DNA of 23,685 bases. It comes from an uncultured virus (IMG/VR IMGVR_UViG_3300007735_000789). Lineage: Duplodnaviria > Heunggongvirae > Uroviricota > Caudoviricetes. The DNA lies in the IMG/VR virus record IMGVR_UViG_3300007735_000789; one strand, 5' to 3'. Numbering within the stretch: the first letter of the stretch is position 1; every line of letters begins with the position of its first letter. Below the pieces are notes generated by a model that worked only from the letters and a program-made list of their open reading frames with translations, did not search any database and was not told the origin of the DNA. The translations under genes and the position numbers were made by a program. Shown piece by piece: positions 8,689 to 15,652 of the stretch.

Positions 8689-8715
8689 ACAGATGCGCCG
8701 GACCTGAGGCATGCT
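8686..8715 (+). promoter_or_regulatory. Sigma70-type promoter (TTGACA-N18-CATGCT)
   Basis: Perfect -35, weaker -10, directly upstream of the first hairpin at 8722. Confidence 0.55.
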
Positions 8716-8721
8716 TTGCTC

Positions 8722-8755
8722 ATCGATCACAGGTTGATCGATCGAACCTAGACAA
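8722..8755 (+). promoter_or_regulatory. boxB-like hairpin plus rrn-type boxA (GAACCTAGACAA)
   Basis: ATCGATCA/TGATCGAT stem (8722-8742) immediately followed by a motif resembling cyanobacterial rrn boxA, GAACCTTGA(A/C)AA. Confidence 0.55.
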
Positions 8756-8906
8756 CTTAAAGATCCTTGCCAGGCCGCGAACCGTTCGCGTCGCTTGCCA
8801 CGGGCTCCCTGTCCTTGCCACTTAACTGTGCCCAGGGCCGGAGCCTAGGACAGGCTTAGTGTAACTATGCGAGAAGCAGTAAGGATCTTAAAGTATCTAG
8901 GTTTGC

Positions 8907-8918
8907 GAACCTTGACAT
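8907..8918 (+). promoter_or_regulatory. Second boxA-like motif (GAACCTTGACAT)
   Basis: Lies directly after the first long stem closes; 10/12 identical to 8744-8755. Confidence 0.45.
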
Positions 8919-9630
8919 TCTGAATAGTTTGCCCGTAGTTAGATAGCTAGCACGGATAGCCTACGCTATGGGTAAACTATTCTTTATAGCTTCCTAACTT
9001 TAACTAAGCGAATGTGACAATTGCTTAGTTAAAGTTACAGCGGATAAGCATTATCTAGGCGCGCGTTATTCCCTAGAGTGTGAAGTTTGATCTAGCATAC
9101 ATCAGCTAGATACTTTACCATGCTTACTAATACATATAGTGGCAGCTGATAAGTTCTCTCAACTACTACAGCGAATCAGTATAGGTCGCACCTATATATT
9201 CTTCCACGTCGCCTTTAATGGATGCCAGCGTGGCAACTGAATACATAAGACTAAGGTTAATCTAGTTAGTTACAGTGCTGACTACTGCTTACTTGTCTTA
9301 GTGCAGGTATGCAAACTATTCAAATCATTCTCTCACTACAGCGTTATCTGTTAGATGGCGAGAATAGATATTAATTGAATAGTATACTTTAAGCACTGTA
9401 ACTAACTAGACAATACCTAAAGGCCTGTCACTTTTTGTGCGCTGTAAATTATTTGGCTAAGTTAGCCAGGGTTACATTCTGCTGGCAATCTTAGTTAATG
9501 TACTGCACATAATGTAGTTATTAATTAAGGATCACATTAGATCATTTATGATCATACACTAGAATCTCTCCCCTTATGTATTACATAAGGTGAGGGACTT
9601 TATGTCTCTCATTCACCTTAACTTCACATC

Positions 9631-9789
9631 ATGTTTACCATTTTCTATTGTTCTTTTGACGGTTTAATTGACAAAGAGTGTGAGTCTTACAACACTCGGA
9701 ATGAGGCTGAAACAGTACTTAAGGCTTTAGAATCTCTCCCCACTAAATCATCAGGTGGTAGGTTCTTTATCATTCCTTCTTCTTTCTAA
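9631..9789 (+). CDS. Small hypothetical early protein (52 aa, MFTIFYCSFDG...)
   Basis: Read manually, below the ORF-track cutoff. Same CATCATG start context as its neighbours. Confidence 0.6.
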   Translation: MFTIFYCSFDGLIDKECESYNTRNEAETVLKALESLPTKSSGGRFFIIPSSF

Positions 9790-9809
9790 ATCACCTCAAC
9801 TTAATTATC

Positions 9810-10079
9810 ATGATTAAACATTTTTGCGCTGTTAACGATGTTAACGGTAACCCTCAACGTTGTTATGTCTTAGTTAATGAAGATGGTTGCAACTTAGCTG
9901 TCTGGGATGAAGGCTACCTAGGTAGTGACGCTGTGCCAGGTATATGGCGCAGAGAAGCATATGCTGCTGAGCGTATAAATTGCAGTACCAGATGGTACCG
10001 CAAGATGTTAAGAACTTTACCATCCCCAGCTTATGCTTATGATGTACCCACTTATTCTCACTTATGGAATGCATTATGA
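9810..10079 (+). CDS. Hypothetical early protein (NGNP-R motif)
   Basis: 89-aa ORF with an apparent distant paralog at 11179. Confidence 0.75.
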   Translation: MIKHFCAVNDVNGNPQRCYVLVNEDGCNLAVWDEGYLGSDAVPGIWRREAYAAERINCSTRWYRKMLRTLPSPAYAYDVPTYSHLWNAL

Positions 10080-10252
10080 CGGGACTGAAACCATTCGCTG
10101 GCACATTCTTTTTTAAGAATGTTCAGGTTAATTGTATTGACACTAGCCGCCGATTAGGCGGTGATCTGTTCTACTTTAAGTCACCGACTGGCCGTTTAGT
10201 GTGGGCAGCCACGCCGGGTAAGGCCCGCAAATTAATTAAGGAGCTTGTCTGA
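10064..10252 (+). CDS. Small hypothetical protein (start may be 10076)
   Basis: Overlaps both neighbours in operon fashion. Confidence 0.6.
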   Translation: MECIMTGLKPFAGTFFFKNVQVNCIDTSRRLGGDLFYFKSPTGRLVWAATPGKARKLIKELV

Positions 10253-10491
10253 TGTTCTCACTTCACCGCCGAACTTCCCATGGAGTGTATCACTTAATGG
10301 GAGAGTATGAGACTGATTATGTAGCGTTCGCTTTTAAGGATTGTGTTAACAATCATGTGGGTAGCAATGTGTGGATCAGCACTGATTTAAATGTTCCTTA
10401 TGCACACAGGCTAGTACATTATGATCCTGATCATGATGATTATGGTGACGTAGATAATTGGGTAATTGAGTTACCTGTTACTTGTAATTAA
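10252..10491 (+). CDS. Small hypothetical protein
   Basis: TGATG coupling with the upstream gene. Confidence 0.7.
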   Translation: MFSLHRRTSHGVYHLMGEYETDYVAFAFKDCVNNHVGSNVWISTDLNVPYAHRLVHYDPDHDDYGDVDNWVIELPVTCN

Positions 10492-10511
10492 TTCCTTTGC
10501 TCTTCAACATC

Positions 10512-10772
10512 ATGGCTAAACGTAAGACGTTTGAGGTATCACAGTTCAGAGTCTGGATTAATGACAGACTAGCATCTGATACATTATCTCCTCACGAGAA
10601 GTATGGTTTAATGTGTGCCCTTGATCATATACTACACGAAACCGGAAACTACAAAGGGTTCGGTTATGCTTACAAGGATGATGTAAGGCCTTGTTTTCCG
10701 GATAAAGTAGGAGCGGAGGCATGTAACCCTGAATGGGATATGACTAGGGACATGCGCAGAAAGTATTACTAA
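10512..10772 (+). CDS. Small hypothetical phage protein (MAKRKTFEV...LHETGNYKGF)
   Basis: The ATG at 10512 in CAACATCATG context is preferred over the TTG at 10497. Confidence 0.75.
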   Translation: MAKRKTFEVSQFRVWINDRLASDTLSPHEKYGLMCALDHILHETGNYKGFGYAYKDDVRPCFPDKVGAEACNPEWDMTRDMRRKYY

Positions 10773-10795
10773 ACCACACTAAACTCACACTAACA

Positions 10796-11008
10796 ATGGA
10801 TCTTCATTCACAACTTGATCACCTACTAACTCAGTGGGATATCAAACAATCCACTAAGCGTGGATACAATCCGTTTGCCTTAGGTATTTACTTAAGGCAA
10901 GCGGAACGTATTGTCGAAAGTGTTAACCAAGGCGCCACAATTAGTGACGCTATAGATAAACATTTCAGCGACAGAATTGCAGCAATGCTGCACAAAAAGT
11001 TCTCTTAA
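10796..11008 (+). CDS. Hypothetical protein, copy 1 of a duplicated gene
   Basis: 61/70 aa identical to 11724-11936. Confidence 0.85.
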   Translation: MDLHSQLDHLLTQWDIKQSTKRGYNPFALGIYLRQAERIVESVNQGATISDAIDKHFSDRIAAMLHKKFS

Positions 11009-11044
11009 TTGTTGAGTCCCCATATTAACTATGGGAGCACTACT

Positions 11045-11097
11045 TGCCCAGTTCAATCTTATCCCAAACTCTAAATGGGATAAGATTGAACTTGGCA
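11045..11097 (+). other. Long intergenic hairpin (17-bp perfect stem); possible RNase III site
   Basis: AGTTCAATCTTATCCCA (11050-11066) pairs with TGGGATAAGATTGAACT (11076-11092), extended by TGCC/GGCA. Confidence 0.7.
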
Positions 11098-11178
11098 GAA
11101 AGTATTACTAATCAATTATTTATAGTGGGCCGCGCATACTTACCACGCGGACAATCAACATCTACAGACACAATCACC

Positions 11179-11493
11179 ATGGCCAACGTTAAATTCTTGA
11201 TTCGTTTTACTGATGGTAGCAGTAGCTATGTGCATAACATCTTGCATATAGTTACATCAAACACTAGCAATGGTAACAGTCGTCAATTAATACTACCGCT
11301 AGATGACTATGGTCATGTCTTAGCTGTTATCCACGCTGGCGTTACTTGGGGAGACTTAGACTCATTTAATAAGGAGTTTGCCCAATGGTCCAGGTTACAT
11401 AGTGTGCGAATCAATGTGTCACCCACAGAATTCAAACGCTGGGCATCTATGACTCCCGGAGAACTTGAATCAATTACTACCGAAACTATTTAA
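11179..11493 (+). CDS. Hypothetical early protein, distant paralog of 9810-10079
   Basis: ATG at 11179 in ACACAATCACCATG context. The upstream TTG extension runs through the hairpin. Confidence 0.7.
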   Translation: MANVKFLIRFTDGSSSYVHNILHIVTSNTSNGNSRQLILPLDDYGHVLAVIHAGVTWGDLDSFNKEFAQWSRLHSVRINVSPTEFKRWASMTPGELESITTETI

Positions 11494-11517
11494 CACAATT
11501 ACAAATTAACTATCATC

Positions 11518-11685
11518 ATGGCCCGCACATTTAAACCTCAGCTATCCCTGATTCCCTATTTACAGGTGCCAGAAAATAGGCTAGAACTTGCATATAAATG
11601 GTATGCAAGAGAACCAAATTACGCGGATAACTTTGCAGCTTTTTCTTACTGGCTGGAAAGATGTATTGAAGAGTCACACTATTAA
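11518..11685 (+). CDS. Small hypothetical protein (55 aa, MARTFKPQL...)
   Basis: Read manually; ATCATCATG context; fills the gap between genes. Confidence 0.65.
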   Translation: MARTFKPQLSLIPYLQVPENRLELAYKWYAREPNYADNFAAFSYWLERCIEESHY

Positions 11686-11740
11686 CGGAACCATGAACTT
11701 GCAGTCACACTATTAACGGAACCATGAACTTGCAGTCACA
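11672..11740 (+). repeat. Perfect 31-bp tandem duplication (AGTCACACTATTAACGGAACCATGAACTTGC x2 + AGTCACA)
   Basis: Units at 11672-11702 and 11703-11733. Confidence 0.95.
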
Positions 11741-11936
11741 ACTTGATCATTGTCTCACTCAGTGGGACATCAAACAATCTGCCAAACGTTATTACAATCC
11801 GTTTGCCTTAGGTATTTACTTAAGGCAGGCAGAACGTATTGTTGAAAGTGTTAGCCAAGGCGCCACAATTAGTGACGCTATAGATGAACATTTTAACGAC
11901 AGAATTGCAGCAATGCTGCACAAAAAGTTTTTTTAA
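11724..11936 (+). CDS. Hypothetical protein, copy 2 of a duplicated gene
   Basis: 61/70 aa identical to 10796-11008. Confidence 0.85.
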   Translation: MNLQSQLDHCLTQWDIKQSAKRYYNPFALGIYLRQAERIVESVSQGATISDAIDEHFNDRIAAMLHKKFF

Positions 11937-11958
11937 TCCATTTTTACACACAATCATC

Positions 11959-12156
11959 ATGGCTAAGTATGTTCATTTAGTATGGATTCCTAAAGAGAAT
12001 AGGATTGATCAGTGCTTCAGCAACGTTAACGAAGCCTATAAGTATGCAAGACATACTTACGGCACTGATGAATACGTGGAATCATATAGATTATGGGATG
12101 AGTTTCAACTACTACAAGAAGATGAAGAATCAAACATACTGTACGGAACTAAGTAA
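11959..12156 (+). CDS. Small hypothetical protein (MAKYVHLVW...)
   Basis: ATG at 11959 in ACACAATCATCATG context. Confidence 0.7.
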   Translation: MAKYVHLVWIPKENRIDQCFSNVNEAYKYARHTYGTDEYVESYRLWDEFQLLQEDEESNILYGTK

Positions 12157-12187
12157 CAATTCTGTCACAAATTAACTATTATCACGG

Positions 12188-12355
12188 ATGGCACAAAATG
12201 ACAACTTGCGGACTTACAAAATTGAATTAGTTATCAGTGTGCGTAAGGACATTAGCAGCCCGTTAGTGTGGCTGCCCGACTGTATCTATGACAACATAGA
12301 TATGCCAACTGGCGAAAACCTATTAACATTCAACATGGAGGAATTAAACTCATGA
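12188..12355 (+). CDS. Small hypothetical protein (55 aa, MAQNDNLRTYK...)
   Basis: Read manually; ATGA overlap with the next gene. Confidence 0.6.
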   Translation: MAQNDNLRTYKIELVISVRKDISSPLVWLPDCIYDNIDMPTGENLLTFNMEELNS

Positions 12356-12501
12356 TCAACACTGAATGGCGCCAACTTATTGAGAATATTAATGAGTTGG
12401 ACAAACAACTTATCAACACAACTAACACATTGGAGTATGAATCTTTGCTGCTACAAATTGAACATCTAGAGACTAAATTGCAGCAGGTAACTGTTGTTTA
12501 A
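12352..12501 (+). CDS. Small coiled-coil protein (49 aa, MINTEWRQL...)
   Basis: Read manually; ATGA coupling, heptad-like pattern. Confidence 0.6.
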   Translation: MINTEWRQLIENINELDKQLINTTNTLEYESLLLQIEHLETKLQQVTVV

Positions 12502-12561
12502 CTCCGCTTCGCGGGGCCAAATCACACACTACTCTAGCACTCACTCACTAACACAATCGCC

Positions 12562-12789
12562 ATGTTCTTTGAGATTATTTCTATTGCGTTTGACGCTTCA
12601 GATGAAGATCGAACAGCACAACAAGCACACAATTTAGAGATGGAACTTAACAACGAATTCAGAGGATTATTAATAGAAGCTGACAACTCAGATGAAGTAC
12701 CTGAGCTAGTTGAAACACTAGCTAGGGTTCCACTTGTGGACATTATGGTTAAGCCTGTAAATCCTTTCTCAAAGTTAACATCAAACTAA
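12562..12789 (+). CDS. Small acidic hypothetical protein
   Basis: ACACAATCGCCATG context; D/E-rich. Confidence 0.7.
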   Translation: MFFEIISIAFDASDEDRTAQQAHNLEMELNNEFRGLLIEADNSDEVPELVETLARVPLVDIMVKPVNPFSKLTSN

Positions 12790-12796
12790 ACACACA

Positions 12797-13564
12797 ATGA
12801 CTAACTCAAATCTATTGTCTATTGGAGTTGGCAACGCCAAACTTAGCAAGTCCACGCTGACATTTTCCCTACCTGCGGGTAGGACTTGCCCAGGTGCTAA
12901 AGACTGTAAGGCTTGGGTTAATTTATTTGGCAAAATTCAAGACGGCGAACACACCATATTTAGATGTTTTGCCGCATCTAACGAGGTTATGTACCCTAAC
13001 GTACATAAGTCTAGGATGCACAATCTGCACACAATAACAGACGCATTCCAATCTGGTACTGTACATAGTGCATGCGATTTACTAAAGGCAAGCATCGACA
13101 ATAAGTTAACTAAATCAATCGATAAGTTTAGAATCCATCCTAGCGGTGACTTTTTCAGCGCCGCATACTTACAAATGTGGCTTAACGTAATCGAACAATA
13201 CCCAACTATAAAGTTTTACGCTTACACAAAGTCGTTAAAGCTGTTTGTCTTTAACAACAGCCTGATACAGTTGCCTGATAACTTCTTTGTAACAGCTTCG
13301 CACGGTGGCTGGGATGAACATCTTGAAAGTCTATTCCCACGGGTGGCTTATGTTGTAAACACTGAAGATGAAGCTGCGGAACGTAACTTAGAGGTTGATC
13401 ATGACGATAGCCACTGCTTTGGTTCAAAATCATTCGCTCTCCTAGTACATGGAACACAGCCAGCTAATAGTATTGCCGGGGCCGCTATTAGAGCACGTCG
13501 CAAAGCTGGCAAACATGCTGGCTACTCTTACAAGACTAAGCAACCATCACTCGCAGTAATTTAA
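12797..13564 (+). CDS. Gene product 88 (GP88)-like Cys-motif protein
   Basis: GNAKL, FSLPAGRTCPGA..C...CFA, FRIHPSGDF and FYAYTKS motifs. Confidence 0.75.
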   Translation: MTNSNLLSIGVGNAKLSKSTLTFSLPAGRTCPGAKDCKAWVNLFGKIQDGEHTIFRCFAASNEVMYPNVHKSRMHNLHTITDAFQSGTVHSACDLLKASIDNKLTKSIDKFRIHPSGDFFSAAYLQMWLNVIEQYPTIKFYAYTKSLKLFVFNNSLIQLPDNFFVTASHGGWDEHLESLFPRVAYVVNTEDEAAERNLEVDHDDSHCFGSKSFALLVHGTQPANSIAGAAIRARRKAGKHAGYSYKTKQPSLAVI

Positions 13565-13927
13565 ATGTCTACAAATCAAGACTCAAGTATTAAGTTTCCT
13601 TGCACATCGTGCGGCTTATGTTGCACTATGGTCGGAGACATACTAGACAATAAGGACAAAGTAGAAGACCCCTTAACTAAACAACTGATCGATGAGTTTC
13701 CGTATGTAACCCACGCGGGTGTGTGTGAGAAACTTGTAAATAACAAGTGTTCAGTTTATGAAAATCGACCAACCCTATGTAACATAACCAAAGTCGCAAC
13801 TTTAAGAGGGTTTGATTTACCAACCTACTACAAATTTAACGCCACTTTATGTAACAGTTGGATCCAACTCAACAAACTAGACAAGTCCTTCCTGATCAAC
13901 ATGGAGCAATTTGATGACTTTAACTAA
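13565..13927 (+). CDS. YkgJ family cysteine-cluster (CxxCxxCC) protein
   Basis: FPCTSCGLCC...C...KCSVYENRPTLC. Confidence 0.85.
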   Translation: MSTNQDSSIKFPCTSCGLCCTMVGDILDNKDKVEDPLTKQLIDEFPYVTHAGVCEKLVNNKCSVYENRPTLCNITKVATLRGFDLPTYYKFNATLCNSWIQLNKLDKSFLINMEQFDDFN

Positions 13928-14102
13928 GTACGTAGTAACCGTGGACTTTGAGTCAAACGATGGCGAACAATTTAGTAAAACAATTGTTCGACATTTCCCT
14001 ACAACTAAAGATTTAGAAAGGTATGCTGCTGGGTTTGCAGATGGATTAGCTTTAAGTTGCGACGGTGCAGTATTAAGCTGCACAACTTTACCAGTTAATT
14101 AA
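13914..14102 (+). CDS. Small hypothetical protein
   Basis: ATG at 13914, overlapping the end of the upstream gene. Confidence 0.55.
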   Translation: MTLTKYVVTVDFESNDGEQFSKTIVRHFPTTKDLERYAAGFADGLALSCDGAVLSCTTLPVN

Positions 14103-14334
14103 CAATCCAACCTTTCCAAGGGTCTTTACCCTCATCAGATAACTTCTTTAATAACTTAATTGTTTGATCGGGTAAATGTTGCCCAAGGAAGTTTAAGGAA
14201 GCGTCAACATCAGAATACGAGCCAGAATCAAAATTAGGATAAGATTTATTATTTAATACGGGTGACGAAAAAGAGTCACCTTGCCCAGCCAGCATGGCTG
14301 ATATTACTCCATTAAGTAAATCGTCAGCCTTCAC
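14095..14334 (-). CDS. Hypothetical protein on the opposite strand
   Basis: The only ORF filling this gap; protein-like composition; start uncertain. Confidence 0.5.
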   Translation of the reverse strand: MKADDLLNGVISAMLAGQGDSFSSPVLNNKSYPNFDSGSYSDVDASLNFLGQHLPDQTIKLLKKLSDEGKDPWKGWIVN

Positions 14335-14364
14335 AACATCAACCCAAGTATCTGAATTCTAACC

Positions 14365-14703
14365 ATGAAACTCACAGTCAACGTTTATGCGGATCCCGGC
14401 CACAGCTGGGCCGCAATTAAACGACACAAAGCTATAGAAATTATGAAGATTCATTTTGCAGATATAAGCAATTTCAGTTATCAACGAGGTAAGACTATTT
14501 ATCTAGAGGAAGATGATGACTTCCCGTTGTTTGTGTCGTGCGCTAAAGCTGAGAAAATTAAGTTAGACATTTGCCACCATCACACAAATCGAGTCAGTCA
14601 AATACGTAATTATGCTTCGTTTGACCCAAATTGTAACGACGTTTATAGTATTTTGCGTTTAATAGAAGATGATAGTACTTGCTTACAACAAGCTAAGAAC
14701 TAA
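14365..14703 (+). CDS. Conserved-looking small phage protein (DPGH-x-W...SYQRG..YLEED)
   Basis: Motif pattern recalled from uncharacterised phage proteins. Confidence 0.75.
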   Translation: MKLTVNVYADPGHSWAAIKRHKAIEIMKIHFADISNFSYQRGKTIYLEEDDDFPLFVSCAKAEKIKLDICHHHTNRVSQIRNYASFDPNCNDVYSILRLIEDDSTCLQQAKN

Positions 14704-14731
14704 CAATTACAAATCCCTACACTTTTTGCAA

Positions 14732-14953
14732 ATGAATCACCCTACTTCAGCTAGTGCCGCCATTGTTTGCGGTACTTTACTTGGTTTTGGATTAACACTG
14801 ATTCTTCAAAATTTGATCAACATTCACGTGTCCAAAAACTGCGACACAACGCTAAACCAAGTAATCACCGTTTCCGGTGTGACTGGTAAAGTTAAATATT
14901 GCATCTCTACAAAACTTCTTCACGGTCCTAGTGACCTAAACCTAAATCAATGA
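14732..14953 (+). CDS. Small membrane protein
   Basis: ATG at 14732; hydrophobic stretch AAIVCGTLLGFGLTLIL and a C-terminal Cys pair. Confidence 0.65.
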   Translation: MNHPTSASAAIVCGTLLGFGLTLILQNLINIHVSKNCDTTLNQVITVSGVTGKVKYCISTKLLHGPSDLNLNQ

Positions 14954-15282
14954 TCAGCTTTATAAAATTCAAACATTGGTACTTCTTACTCCGTGGACCC
15001 ACGCGGTGGCGCGTTAGTTTTTAAAAAGTATCGTTAACGTCAAATTGAGTCGCAAATTGCGTACAAATTGGGTTATTTAACTTATACAAAAAATTAAATT
15101 AGTATTACTATTAACACAGTCGTAAAGTGTGCCACGCGGCGACTTTAAATGCAATTAAATACACCTTAGGGTCTAAAACATGTATAGTTTTCTAAAGATT
15201 CGCAAATCGGACTAGGATTTATTAGTAGAAAAAGAGGTTTAAAACTATAGTACGACCAGGAAACCCTCTCCTTCTGTGCGTT

Positions 15283-15510
15283 GTGTGCCTTTCTCCTTTG
15301 CGCTATGATTATCCAGTGATCCCTCGGATTTCCGTGCCTCAAGAACAACAAACCCAGACTACGACTCAGTTTGATGTATTTGCCAAAGATAAAGGTTCTT
15401 GGCGCTTTAAGTGTCGAATACCTGCTACAACGGCTGAACAAGCCAAACACAAAGCGTTAATGGACTTCAACCTGTTGCCCGAATCTGTAACTGTCTACCC
15501 TGCTCGCTGA
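15283..15510 (+). CDS. Small hypothetical protein (start uncertain)
   Basis: The C-terminal half has the A-x-T-A-E-Q-A-K pattern common in small phage proteins. Confidence 0.55.
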   Translation: MCLSPLRYDYPVIPRISVPQEQQTQTTTQFDVFAKDKGSWRFKCRIPATTAEQAKHKALMDFNLLPESVTVYPAR

Positions 15511-15516
15511 GGCCCC

Positions 15517-15651
15517 ATGTATATTTCTGTAAAGATAACTAGGGCTCTTGGTTTAACGTACTATATTCTCGGTTGGTACGCTCTGTTCACCTCTAGTCTT
15601 GTGCTCAGTCTGTTTCTGCTGTTATGCGGTCTAACTCTGCTGCACCTTTAG
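15517..15651 (+). CDS. Small hydrophobic peptide (44 aa, MYISVKIT...)
   Basis: Read manually; long Leu-rich transmembrane-like segment. Confidence 0.4.
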   Translation: MYISVKITRALGLTYYILGWYALFTSSLVLSLFLLLCGLTLLHL

Positions 15652-15652
15652 C

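Larger units (their letters stand above)
8722..9600 (+). ncRNA. Candidate large structured non-coding RNA / leader (about 0.9 kb)
   Basis: No ORF in the track. Long stems at 8743-8770/8879-8905, 8922-8938/8966-8982, 8995-9009/9023-9037 and 9261-9279/9392-9410. G-U pairs favour the + strand. Confidence 0.65.

Noticed and set aside
8722..9600. Group I/II intron, rRNA fragment, tmRNA or RNase P RNA as the identity of the structured region
   Set aside because: I could not find their conserved cores or an interrupted host gene by eye. Not formally excluded without a covariance-model search.
9560..9741. 14-bp direct repeat TAGAATCTCTCCCC at 9560 and 9728
   Set aside because: Only two copies, one inside a coding region; no supportable function.
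11044..11178. N-terminal extensions given by the ORF track (11044, also 7343, 6744, 10497, 11884, 14669)
   Set aside because: They overlap upstream genes, promoters or hairpins. Downstream ATGs fit translational coupling or the shared start context better.
11672..11740. Possible CRISPR array
   Set aside because: The 31-bp units are contiguous with no spacers, and no cas genes are visible.
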